This document shows, piece after piece, positions 10,654 through 19,796 of a stretch of DNA of 64,000 bases (within the stretch, counting starts at the first letter, position 1; each line of letters opens with the position of its first letter). The stretch lies in contig CANDRW010000004.1 of NCBI GenBank assembly GCA_947388675.1, forward strand, positions 1,671 through 65,670, read 5' to 3'. Below the pieces are notes generated by a model, which saw only the letters and a program-made list of their open reading frames with translations, ran no database searches and was not told the origin of the DNA. Origin of the DNA: an uncultured Clostridium sp. (lineage in GTDB: Bacteria > Bacillota > Clostridia > TANB77 > CAG-508). The translations under genes were made by a program, and so were the position numbers.

Positions 10654-11871
10654 GTGAGAAATTTGGAACGCAAAATTTTACATGTAGATGTTAATAGTGC
10701 TTTCCTATCATGGACAGCAGTTGATATGATAAAACATGGAGCAGAGATAGACATTAGAACTATCCCTGCTATTATTGGTGGAGATGAAGAAAAAAGAAAA
10801 GGAATTGTTCTTGCCAAAAGTATTCCAGCAAAAAAGTATGGAATACAAACAGCAGAGCCAATTTACTTTGCGAAACAGAAATGTCCAAACTTACAGATTT
10901 ATCAAAGTAATTTTAGAATATATAAGGAGTACTCGAATGCATTATATGACTTACTCCATGAATATACGGATAAAATTGAGAGATTTTCTATTGATGAATG
11001 CTTTTTAGATATTACAGATTTTATTCCAAAGGGAAAAACAGACTTACAAATTGCTTATGAAATTCATACAAGAGTAAAACTAGAACTTGGTTTTACAGTA
11101 AATATTGGGGTGGCGCAAAATAAAGTATTAGCCAAAATGGCATCTGATTTTGAAAAGCCAGATAAGGTTCATACTTTGTATGCAAATGAAATTTCAAGTA
11201 AGATATGGAAGTTACCAGTTTCAGAGTTATTAATGGTGGGAAAGAGGAGTTTGCCAAAATTAGAATTATTAGGGATCAAAACGATAGGAGAATTAGCACA
11301 TACGCCAAAGGAATTATTAGAAAATCAATTTGGAAAGTTTGGTAAAATGATTTGGGAATATGCCAATGGTATTGACCATTCGGAAGTCATTTCTATGCCA
11401 GAAGAACCAAAAAGTATCGGCAATTCTTCTACTTTACCACAAGATATGAAAGAATTAGAAAAGATAGAAGAAATTTTATTGGCTTTAACAGAGCAAACTT
11501 GCTATCGATTAAGAAAACATCAGTTATTAACTCATACAGTAGGGGTACAAATCAAAAACAAAGACTTTAAAATGTATTCACATCAAAAGAGTTTGTCGAC
11601 TGACACAGATAGCACGAAAATTATTTATGAAACAGCAAAACAGATTTTAAAAGAGATGTTTCAAGGAGAGCCTATTAGACTAATTGGAATAAAAGTAGAT
11701 AAATTAACTACAAAAGAAAGACAACAAATTTCTTTATTCGATACTCCTAGAAATGAGAAACAACAAAAATTAGATCAGACTTTAGACAAATTAAAGGAAA
11801 AATATGGTTATGATGCAGTGACTAGAGCTGGTAAAATGAACATTGATGAAATAATGGATTTTAAAGATTAA
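10654..11871 (+). CDS. dinB: Y-family DNA polymerase IV
   Basis: KILHVDVNSAFLS and SIDECFLD motifs plus little-finger region; start is GTG 10654 or TTG 10663. Confidence 0.85.
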   Translation: MRNLERKILHVDVNSAFLSWTAVDMIKHGAEIDIRTIPAIIGGDEEKRKGIVLAKSIPAKKYGIQTAEPIYFAKQKCPNLQIYQSNFRIYKEYSNALYDLLHEYTDKIERFSIDECFLDITDFIPKGKTDLQIAYEIHTRVKLELGFTVNIGVAQNKVLAKMASDFEKPDKVHTLYANEISSKIWKLPVSELLMVGKRSLPKLELLGIKTIGELAHTPKELLENQFGKFGKMIWEYANGIDHSEVISMPEEPKSIGNSSTLPQDMKELEKIEEILLALTEQTCYRLRKHQLLTHTVGVQIKNKDFKMYSHQKSLSTDTDSTKIIYETAKQILKEMFQGEPIRLIGIKVDKLTTKERQQISLFDTPRNEKQQKLDQTLDKLKEKYGYDAVTRAGKMNIDEIMDFKD

Positions 11872-11993
11872 AAAATAAACTAACAATTAAAATATTTTAA
11901 GAAAATAAAAATGTCGAAAAATGGAAAGTTTTGTACAAGTTTTGCATAATATATATTAGTGCTAGTTAATGCACTAATAGGAGGTGTAGGAAC

Positions 11994-12266
11994 ATGTACG
12001 AAGAAGATAAATGTAACAACAATTGCTATTATACTGGCTGTAAACAAAGAAAAAATAGATGTTGTATTGACATCATTATCTATATTTTATCTATTTTAAT
12101 CGCACTAACACTTGGATTAATTATTGCATCTATTCCAGTTATTGGAGCAGTGTTATTTGCAGCAATTGCCACACTAATTGTTTTAGCTGTCATACTTGCT
12201 ATACTTATCATCATTAGAATTATTCAATTAGTATGTGAACGTAATAAAAATAAGGCAAATTACTAA
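11994..12266 (+). CDS. small Cys-rich membrane protein (hypothetical)
   Basis: GGAGG RBS; Cys-rich N-terminus then a long hydrophobic segment; TGTCGAA (Spo0A-box-like) at 11912-11918. Confidence 0.45.
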   Translation: MYEEDKCNNNCYYTGCKQRKNRCCIDIIIYILSILIALTLGLIIASIPVIGAVLFAAIATLIVLAVILAILIIIRIIQLVCERNKNKANY

Positions 12267-12498
12267 TTTGCATAACTATCTTCTAAGTCAATTACACGCT
12301 TACGCGAGTAATTTCCTAAGAATATAGAAATGTTGCTAACCAAAAATAAGCGAATTCCTTGTAGCCATTAGGTTGCAAGGAATTTGCATTTTTATTGCAT
12401 TTATGATATAACTTAGGAAGATTTTAGGCTTACATATAAGAGGAATACTTGCATACAATATAAAAAAAGAAGCTGTAAAGAGAAATGGAGTTTAGATA

Positions 12499-13758
12499 AT
12501 GAAAGAAGAAAACATAAAAACTTTAAAGAAATACTCTCAAAATCATTTAGTAGAGTATTTACCATATCTAACAGAAGAAGAACAAAAAAGATTAGAACAG
12601 CAAATAGAAGCAATAGACTTTGCAGAACTACAGCAATTGTATGAATTAACAAAGCAAGAACAAAATGTGGAAGAAAAAAATATTTCCCATATTCCATATG
12701 TGGATAAAGAGAGAATAGAAGAAAAAAGAAAAATAGAATTAGAGAAAATAGGAAGAAATGTAATTAGCAGTGGGAAATATGCTGTTATTACTATGGCAGG
12801 TGGACAAGGAACAAGACTTGGACACCAAGGACCAAAAGGAACTTATTGTTTAGAAACAGTAAATGGACCCAAATATTTATTTGAAATAACAGTAGATACT
12901 TTGAAAAAAGCACAAAAAGAATATGAAGTAACAATTCCTTGGTATATTATGACTAGTAGAGAAAATCATCAAGATACAATTAGCTTTTTTGAAGAAAAAG
13001 AATATTTTGGTTATGACAAAAGCAAAGTAAAGTTCTTTATGCAAGGAGAATTACCATTATTAAATACACAAGGAAAGGTAATTTTGGGGGAAGATAAGAA
13101 AATTAAAGAAGCAGCAAATGGCAATGGTGGAATTTATGAGGCAATAGCAGTTAATGGAATTTTGGAAGAATTGCAAATGCAAAAGATTGAATGGATTTTT
13201 ATTAATAGCATGGATAATATATTGTGCAATTTTGTAGATCCACTATTGCTTGGACTTACCATAGAGCAAAATCATAAAATAGCTAGTAAATCAGTAGCAA
13301 AAGCCACACCAAAAGAAAGAGCAGGCGTATTTTGCAAAATGAATGAAAAACCAAAGGTAATAGAGTATACAGAGCTTCCAGATGAAATGGCAGAAGAAAG
13401 AGATGAAAATGGTGAGCTAGTATATGGAGAATTACATGTTATGCTAAATTTATTTCATCGTAGTATTTTAGAGGACTTAGCAAATGTGAAACTTCCATAT
13501 CATATTGCATTAAAAAAATCTGGTTATCTTAATGAAAAATACGAATATATTGAGCCAGAAGAACCGAATGTTTATAAATTTGAAGCCTTTATTTTTGATG
13601 CGTTTACTCGTTATGATGATATGACGATTTTACGAGTAAAAAGAGAAGAAGAATTTGCACCAGTCAAAAATAGGACTGGAGTGGATAGCCCTGAAACAGC
13701 AGTTGCTTTATACAATGAAAAAGTGATAAAGATACGAAGGAGTTTAAAACATGATTAG
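12499..13758 (+). CDS. UDPGP-family (eukaryotic UAP-like) UDP-sugar / UDP-N-acetylhexosamine pyrophosphorylase
   Basis: MAGGQGTRLGHQGPKG signature plus NGNGGIY; 419 aa. Confidence 0.8.
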   Translation: MKEENIKTLKKYSQNHLVEYLPYLTEEEQKRLEQQIEAIDFAELQQLYELTKQEQNVEEKNISHIPYVDKERIEEKRKIELEKIGRNVISSGKYAVITMAGGQGTRLGHQGPKGTYCLETVNGPKYLFEITVDTLKKAQKEYEVTIPWYIMTSRENHQDTISFFEEKEYFGYDKSKVKFFMQGELPLLNTQGKVILGEDKKIKEAANGNGGIYEAIAVNGILEELQMQKIEWIFINSMDNILCNFVDPLLLGLTIEQNHKIASKSVAKATPKERAGVFCKMNEKPKVIEYTELPDEMAEERDENGELVYGELHVMLNLFHRSILEDLANVKLPYHIALKKSGYLNEKYEYIEPEEPNVYKFEAFIFDAFTRYDDMTILRVKREEEFAPVKNRTGVDSPETAVALYNEKVIKIRRSLKHD

Positions 13759-14821
13759 TTTAAGTTCTATATATGAAGGGGTAAAAAATCCTATAGAAAA
13801 TGAAGAAGTAATGAGCAAATTGCTTACAGCATATGCTGAGAGTGCAAGACGTACCCGAATAGACCAAGGTTTATACTCGCAATTAGTACATATGGGAGAA
13901 AATCAAGATAATAGTGAAATAAATATAGAGGATAAAGAACGATTTTACATAAAAACATATAATAGATGGATTTCAGCAATATTGGATATGGAAATTAGCC
14001 AAGAAATGGCACAAAAACAGGAAGAATTTGGAAGAATAAAAAAATTTCAACAGTATTTAAAAAGTTTTGGATTAATAGAAAAAGCACAAGACGTTAAAAG
14101 GCTAACTGCTAGTTCGTGGTTTGAACATGAACTTTTATGGGAACAAAAAGGTATAGAATCTGTGAAGTGGGACTATATTAAGTCGTCTAGTATCCATATA
14201 GCAAAAGAAAAAGCTATGCATGTAAGTCACAGATTATATATAGGATGTCAAAATCAAGATATTTGGAATTTTATAGAAGGATTTGTAGAAAAATGTGAAA
14301 GTCTAAATATTCCATACTATCTCAAAACAGTTACAGGAAAAACAAAAAGAGATGAAAAAGTTGTTATTTATACAGATACAGAGCATTTAGCTCATTATAT
14401 ACAAATCCTTAGTGAAATCCAAAAAGAAGCTCCGCAATTAATAGCAAGATGTGCAACTCCGCCAATACTTACGGGCAAGGTTAGTAAATGGATAGGAATA
14501 GGAGATGAACCTTCTGAAAAATATAGAGGTGAACATTCATATAATTCTATGCGAGCGATGATTATTGAAGATGGAATAGAGCAAGCATTGCTACAAAGGT
14601 TACTTTTTTATCAAGATAAAGAAATTAGATACCAAGGCAAATTGGTAAATTTTAATATAGTATTTGCTAGTCAGGTTACAAAATGGATTTCAACAATGTT
14701 AGGAGGTTTAAGTGATAGTAAAAAAATGCAACTAGAAGGTCAATTACAAGAAAGACTTCGGAATAGGTGTAGAAAGACTATGGCAAGTGAGAGACATGAA
14801 AGATGCAAGAAATATGGATAA
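13751..14821 (+). CDS. hypothetical protein (possibly the 5' part of a frameshifted gene)
   Basis: ATG overlaps the upstream stop (ATGATTAG); no motif I can assign; overlaps the next ORF by 35 nt. Confidence 0.55.
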   Translation: MISLSSIYEGVKNPIENEEVMSKLLTAYAESARRTRIDQGLYSQLVHMGENQDNSEINIEDKERFYIKTYNRWISAILDMEISQEMAQKQEEFGRIKKFQQYLKSFGLIEKAQDVKRLTASSWFEHELLWEQKGIESVKWDYIKSSSIHIAKEKAMHVSHRLYIGCQNQDIWNFIEGFVEKCESLNIPYYLKTVTGKTKRDEKVVIYTDTEHLAHYIQILSEIQKEAPQLIARCATPPILTGKVSKWIGIGDEPSEKYRGEHSYNSMRAMIIEDGIEQALLQRLLFYQDKEIRYQGKLVNFNIVFASQVTKWISTMLGGLSDSKKMQLEGQLQERLRNRCRKTMASERHERCKKYG

Positions 14822-15077
14822 TGAAGAAGGAATATTTTCACTTCAAATGAGTGATAGTTTTATAACTGTTGATAATTATATTATGGATAGTTTTGTAAAG
14901 TCAATGCTTCCAACAATGCAAGACATAGATTTAGAATTTATGCAAGAAGTGAGAAGAAGAATAGCAGAACAGTGCCAAAAATATGGAGTGGATAAGAAAT
15001 TTTGCTTTCAAGAAGATACAAAACGAAAGTTTGAAATAATGGATAAACAAAATAGAAGACCAGAAGTAGAAAAATAA
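14787..15077 (+). CDS. hypothetical protein (possibly the 3' part of the preceding gene)
   Basis: This frame is open from 14736; no RBS of its own; GTG start. Confidence 0.35.
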   Translation: MRDMKDARNMDNEEGIFSLQMSDSFITVDNYIMDSFVKSMLPTMQDIDLEFMQEVRRRIAEQCQKYGVDKKFCFQEDTKRKFEIMDKQNRRPEVEK

Positions 15078-15107
15078 TAAAAAGTTTAGAAGAAGGAGAG
15101 TGTGAAA

Positions 15108-16364
15108 ATGGAAAAAGTAATTGGTTTAGTTATGGCAGCAGGAGTAGATGACAGAATGAAATCTAAAAAGTCAAAATTAGCACAAGAGCTATATGGAAAG
15201 GCTGTTATTAAAAGAGTAGTGGATTCTTTCAAAAAAGCAGGAATTGAAGATATAGCAGTTATTGTAGGAGAAAATAAACAAGAGATCGAAGATATCCTAA
15301 AAGACGAAGTAACATATCTTTATCAAGAAAGTTGTCTAGGAACAGGTCATGCTATTATGCAAGCAGTTAGTTACTTAGAAGGAAAAAAAGGAAGAGTAGT
15401 AATTGCAAATGGTAATATTCCACTTATTACATCCAAAACAATTCAAACAGTAGTAGAAAAGTCAGAAAATGAGGAAGAAGCTGCTACTATTTTAACAGGT
15501 ATTATTAGTGAACCAACAGGATATGGAAGAGTTATTAGAAAAGATAATAAAATTGAAGAAATCGTGGAAGAAAAAGAAACAACAGAAGCTGAGAAGAAAA
15601 TTTTAGAAGTAAATGCAGGACTATATTGTTTTGAAATTTCAAAGTTATTGGAAATTATCGGAAAATTACAACAAAGTAGTATAGGATTATATTATCTAAC
15701 AGATGTCATCAAAATGTTCCATGCTAAAGATTTTAAAGTTGGTGGAGTATTAGTGGAAGATAATACTGAAATTTTAAGTTTAAATACAAAAGCACAATTA
15801 GAGATGCTTACTAGAATTTTAAGAATTCGTATTAATACCATGCATATGAATAATGGAGTTACCATTGAAGATGTGAATTCAACTTACATATATGAAGATG
15901 TAGAAATCGGAATAGATACAGTTATTCATCCAAATACTACTATTAAATCAGGAGTTATTATTGGAGAAGATTGCAATATTGGACCAAATGCATATATCAG
16001 AGAAGGATGTAAATTAGCTAACAAAGTGAAAGTAGGAAGTTTCGTAGAAATTAAAAAAGCAATTATAGCAGAAGGTTCAAAAGTACCACATTTATCATAT
16101 ATGGGTGATTGTGAAATTGGAACAAAATGTAATATTGGTTGTGGAACGATTACTTGTAATTATGATGGAAAAAATAAACATAAAACAAAAATTGGAGATA
16201 ATTGCTTTATTGGCTCAAATGTCAACTTAGTAGCGCCAGTAAATATTGGAGAACATACATTAATTGCAGCAGGGTCAACTATTACAGAAGATGTGCCAGC
16301 AGAAAGTTTAGGAATAGCAAGACAAAGACAAACCAACAAAGAAGGTTGGAACGAAGGAAAATAA
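15108..16364 (+). CDS. GlmU-like bifunctional protein with divergent N-terminal domain
   Basis: C-terminal left-handed beta-helix matches GlmU strongly (HLSYMGDCEIG..NIGCGTITCNYDGKNKHKTKIGD..VAPV..KEGW). N-terminal signature is AAGVDDRM instead of AAGKGTRM; GGAGAG RBS before ATG 15108. Confidence 0.8.
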   Translation: MEKVIGLVMAAGVDDRMKSKKSKLAQELYGKAVIKRVVDSFKKAGIEDIAVIVGENKQEIEDILKDEVTYLYQESCLGTGHAIMQAVSYLEGKKGRVVIANGNIPLITSKTIQTVVEKSENEEEAATILTGIISEPTGYGRVIRKDNKIEEIVEEKETTEAEKKILEVNAGLYCFEISKLLEIIGKLQQSSIGLYYLTDVIKMFHAKDFKVGGVLVEDNTEILSLNTKAQLEMLTRILRIRINTMHMNNGVTIEDVNSTYIYEDVEIGIDTVIHPNTTIKSGVIIGEDCNIGPNAYIREGCKLANKVKVGSFVEIKKAIIAEGSKVPHLSYMGDCEIGTKCNIGCGTITCNYDGKNKHKTKIGDNCFIGSNVNLVAPVNIGEHTLIAAGSTITEDVPAESLGIARQRQTNKEGWNEGK

Positions 16365-16439
16365 GTGTTAGTTAAGGGACGTATGTTTTTCTGACGAAAG
16401 CGAAGCTTTTGTTGGAAAAACGTATGTCCCTTAACTGAC
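16365..16439. repeat. REP-doublet (REPIN-like) element, alpha subfamily, copy 3
   Basis: GTGTTAGTTAAGGGACGTATGTTTTTCTGAC, spacer GAAAGCGAAGCTTTT, then inverted GTTGGAAAAACGTATGTCCCTTAACTGAC; starts at the base after the TAA stop. Confidence 0.8.
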
Positions 16440-16460
16440 GCGAACGAAATAGTGTATTAA

Positions 16461-16838
16461 CTATTGTTGTTCGCCAGGTAGAAAATAATCTACAACACCG
16501 TATACTAATGCACCAACGATAGCAGCCATCCAAGAAACTGTATAACCTGCTACGAAGTATTGAGTAACATATAGTACAACTGCAGAAAGAACAAATCCTA
16601 CAAATCCTTTACCAAAAGAACTTGCATGTAAACCAGTAAATTTTGTAATTAAATAATCAATAGCAGTAAGGACAACAGCTGCGGCAGCTAATGACCATAT
16701 ATTATTAATTTGAAATCCTGGTGTAAAAAATGCAGTAATAGCAAGAACAACGGCAGCCGTTACTAATCTACCAATGATTTGCCATACCATTCCTTTAGAA
16801 TTAGAACTTGTTTGTGCGTTTGTATTATTATCTGACAT
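16461..16838 (-). CDS. YvlD / phage-holin-4-like small membrane protein
   Basis: Four hydrophobic helices; FFTPGFQI motif resembles YvlD-type proteins (from memory); AAGGAGG RBS before ATG 16838. Confidence 0.55.
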   Translation of the reverse strand: MSDNNTNAQTSSNSKGMVWQIIGRLVTAAVVLAITAFFTPGFQINNIWSLAAAAVVLTAIDYLITKFTGLHASSFGKGFVGFVLSAVVLYVTQYFVAGYTVSWMAAIVGALVYGVVDYFLPGEQQ

Positions 16839-17022
16839 AATTAAAACCTCCTTAAAAAGCGAATTGTCCATGATGTTTGTGTTTCTAATTGTAGTATGAA
16901 CAAAAAATAAAAATTTATTCAAAATGAATTGAATAGATTTTATTTTTTTTGGTTAAAATCAGTAGTGAAGAGTTTTAATATATATAAATTTATTTTATAA
17001 AAAATAATTTTAGGAGAAAAAA

Positions 17023-17691
17023 ATGTTAATTACATTAATTAGAAGTATTATTTTATACATAATTGTTTTAATTGTTATGAGATTAATGGGAAAACGAGAA
17101 ATAGGGCAATTGCAACCATTTGAGCTTGCCATTTCTATTATGATAGCAGATCTAGCAGCGATTCCAATGTCAGATACAGGAATTCCCATTACTAATGGTA
17201 TTATTCCTATTTTAGGTCTACTCATTATGCATTTGCTAATTTCTTTAATTAATATGAAGAGTGTTAAGATGAGAGAGTTAATGTGTGGAAGACCAACTAT
17301 TTTAATATATCGAGGAAGAATTGATGAAAAAGCATTAAAAAAAGAAAGATTTACGATTAATGAATTGGAAGAAAGATTGAGAGATAATAGTGTTTTTAAT
17401 TTAGGGGATGTAGAATATGCTATCTTAGAAACCAGTGGACAAGTAACAGTCATTCAAAAACCCAATAAGAGAACTACGATTCCAGAGGATTTTGATATTA
17501 TGCCAGAATATGAAGGAATTGCTTATGATTTAGTGGTAGATGGAAAAATTATGCAAGAAAATTTAAGAAAAATAGAAAAGGATGAAGTTTGGCTTAGAAA
17601 AGAAGTAAGCAAGTTTCATATTAGTCCAGAAAAGGCACTGATTGTCACTTTTGATGGAAAAGGGCAAATTTTTTGTCAAGCAAAAGATTAA
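17023..17691 (+). CDS. DUF421 (YetF-like) membrane protein
   Basis: N-terminal ...RLMGKREIGQLQPFELAISIMIADLAA typical of the YetF family. Confidence 0.8.
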   Translation: MLITLIRSIILYIIVLIVMRLMGKREIGQLQPFELAISIMIADLAAIPMSDTGIPITNGIIPILGLLIMHLLISLINMKSVKMRELMCGRPTILIYRGRIDEKALKKERFTINELEERLRDNSVFNLGDVEYAILETSGQVTVIQKPNKRTTIPEDFDIMPEYEGIAYDLVVDGKIMQENLRKIEKDEVWLRKEVSKFHISPEKALIVTFDGKGQIFCQAKD

Positions 17692-17722
17692 AAAATATAG
17701 GGAAGTGAAAAGGTGAAAAAAT

Positions 17723-18112
17723 ATGTATAAAGAATTAATAATAAGCTTTATTGTAATAGCTTTAGTAGTAATAGGGAACATTATTACACAAAATAATACG
17801 ATTGAAGCGGTTAGTCAAATAAGCGGTGAATTAACTTTATTACGTGAAGAAATGGAGAAAGAAAATGTAGACCAAGAAAAATCTCAAAAGCAAATGAAGA
17901 ACGTAGAGGAGATTTGGAAGAAAAGATATAAATTGATGGCCTTTTATACAGAACATAATGAACTTGAGAAAGTTCAAACAGAACTTACAAAGTTAAAAGC
18001 TGATATTCATATGGAGGAATATGCTCAAGGAGTAGAAAATTTAGAAAGCTGTATCTTTATTCTTGAGCATATTAAGGATAAGAGTGCGCTAAAGATTGTT
18101 AATATATTTTGA
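17723..18112 (+). CDS. DUF4363-like protein
   Basis: N-terminal TM helix plus helical domain; usual partner downstream of DUF421 genes (from memory). Confidence 0.55.
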   Translation: MYKELIISFIVIALVVIGNIITQNNTIEAVSQISGELTLLREEMEKENVDQEKSQKQMKNVEEIWKKRYKLMAFYTEHNELEKVQTELTKLKADIHMEEYAQGVENLESCIFILEHIKDKSALKIVNIF

Positions 18113-18117
18113 TTGTG

Positions 18118-18238
18118 TATAACATAAATATGATAAATTTTCTTGTTTTTCAAATGCCCGAGGTAGTCAGCAAGTTCAAAGAAGAAAGTCAACTCGGTAC
18201 CTTTCAAAACTGCGAAAACATATCATATTTACGTTATA
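18118..18238. repeat. long-hairpin intergenic element, family 3, copy a
   Basis: Outer stem TATAACATAAATATGATA / TATCATATTTACGTTATA; core ATTTTCTTGTTTTTCAAATGCCC.AGGTAGTC...GGTACCTTTCAAAACTGC shared with 56364-56478. Confidence 0.75.
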
Positions 18239-18263
18239 TATTAATTCACTGCAAATTAATAAA

Positions 18264-19004
18264 TTACATTAAATCTTTCATAGTATAATAACCAATCTTC
18301 TGCTTTACTAAGAATTTTGTGGCTTTGATAGCGCCTTCTGCGAAAATAGTTCTAGAATGAGCAGTATGTTTAATTTCTAGGGTTTCATTAGGATTAAAAA
18401 AGAATACCGAATGCTCTCCGACAATATTTCCACCACGAATGCTAGAAAATCCAATTTCTTTTGGATTTCTTTTTTCTCGTTTTTGCATACGATTAAACTC
18501 ATAAATATAGGAACCTTCCGCATTGATACTATTTGCTAATAGGAGGGCAGTACCACTTGGACTATCCTTTTTTTGATTATGATGTGTTTCTACAATTTCA
18601 ATATCTGCTTCTGGTAATTTTTGAGAAAGTTTAGCAATGATTTGACTGACAAGAGTAATTTCATAAGACATATTACTAGATTGGAAAATAGGAATTTGCA
18701 CAGAGGTATCTAAGATTTCATTTTGCTGTTCTTTGGTAAACCCTGTAGTGGCTATAACCATAGGAATATGGTGAGACATACAATAAGGCAAAAGAGAAAT
18801 GGTAGCTTCAGGGGTAGAAAAGTCAATAATAACATCAGGAGATTCTAAAAGAGAGTCTATATTAGGAAAGATAGGGTAGTATGAATTAGAATTGTTATGT
18901 CTGTCGAGTCCTCCTAGTAAGTTCATATCTTTTTCTTGTAAAATTAGCTTAGCAACTTCATTTCCCATTTTTCCACCAATACCATTGATTAAAAGTTTTA
19001 TCAT
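18264..19004 (-). CDS. dapB: 4-hydroxy-tetrahydrodipicolinate reductase
   Basis: MIKLLINGIGGKMG N-terminus and E.HH..K.D.PSGTA motif; start set at 19004 behind an RBS. Confidence 0.88.
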   Translation of the reverse strand: MIKLLINGIGGKMGNEVAKLILQEKDMNLLGGLDRHNNSNSYYPIFPNIDSLLESPDVIIDFSTPEATISLLPYCMSHHIPMVIATTGFTKEQQNEILDTSVQIPIFQSSNMSYEITLVSQIIAKLSQKLPEADIEIVETHHNQKKDSPSGTALLLANSINAEGSYIYEFNRMQKREKRNPKEIGFSSIRGGNIVGEHSVFFFNPNETLEIKHTAHSRTIFAEGAIKATKFLVKQKIGYYTMKDLM

Positions 19005-19114
19005 TTTTACACCTTCTTTATGATAAATGTATGTTGCAGTATGAAAAGATATGCAAGAAGGTAAAGAAATCAAAAGACTGTGTGAGATTCACACAGTCTT
19101 TTGAAAAAATATAA

Positions 19115-19696
19115 CTAAACAATTCTAAAGATTATCAAACTTAAAAATACATAAGCATATTTGTATAACTTCTTAGTATGTAAAGATTTTCTAAAATAAC
19201 AAAATGTTTCTCGACAAGCACTATATTTATCTGCAAAGGTTACAAGCATAGTTTCCTTAAAATGTGGAAATTGAATTGTAACAGGCCACATATGGTTGAC
19301 GATAACATCTTGCTCAATAGCATTCAGATCAAAAAGTTCTTTAGCATTTTTCAATGCAATTTTAGGATGTAGGAAAGCATGTTGACTAGTCCATTTTTTA
19401 TCAGGTTTTTCATGAGTATGCCAATCATATAAGAATAAGTCATGTAGCATAGCACCACGAGTAGCAGAAACGTAATCCAGATGAAAGAATTTACACATTA
19501 AGTAAGTATAATAAGCAACTTGCATACAGTGTTGATAACAAGAAGTATTTGCATGTTGATTGAAGTTTCTCATTTGTTTTACAGTTGGATGTTCTACTAA
19601 ATCCTGAATAATGTTCATAAACTCATTATAACGGCATATATTATTTTTAGTTATGTTACTTTCTAATTTTTTTTCCAATGTATGGTTTAACATCAA
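19115..19696 (-). CDS. HD-domain phosphohydrolase
   Basis: H..(27)..LHDLFLYDW HD signature; 193 aa. Confidence 0.7.
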   Translation of the reverse strand: MMLNHTLEKKLESNITKNNICRYNEFMNIIQDLVEHPTVKQMRNFNQHANTSCYQHCMQVAYYTYLMCKFFHLDYVSATRGAMLHDLFLYDWHTHEKPDKKWTSQHAFLHPKIALKNAKELFDLNAIEQDVIVNHMWPVTIQFPHFKETMLVTFADKYSACRETFCYFRKSLHTKKLYKYAYVFLSLIIFRIV

Positions 19697-19796
19697 TTTA
19701 AACTCCTTTTTTCATAATAGGAACAATATTTTAAACTCTTACTTAATTATATCATATTATCTCGAAAATAGAAATAATTTAAGGAAATTTTAAGGT

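Noticed and set aside
10775-11008. 77-aa + strand ORF inside dinB
   Set aside because: It is an alternative frame within the well-supported Y-family polymerase gene and has no independent support.
12290-12330. Fragment CAATTACACGCTTACGCGAGTAATT as a fourth family-2 copy
   Set aside because: Only a short CGCTTACGCG match to the family-2 core, within a small local hairpin. This is too little sequence to call a repeat copy.
16461-16922. Prophage lysis module (holin)
   Set aside because: The protein resembles YvlD/holin-4-type small membrane proteins. No endolysin, capsid, tail, integrase or other phage genes lie nearby, so it is treated as a chromosomal membrane protein.
17010-17453. 147-aa minus-strand ORF
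   Set aside because: It is antisense to the DUF421 (YetF-like) gene, which has a clear family signature and an RBS.
18025-18207. Minus-strand ORFs at 18025-18207 and 56313-56516 sharing the peptide ADYLGHLKNKKI
   Set aside because: The shared peptide is just the translation of the family-3 repeat core. Differences between the copies are not biased to third codon positions. One difference pair is a compensated stem pair. Neither ORF has an RBS.
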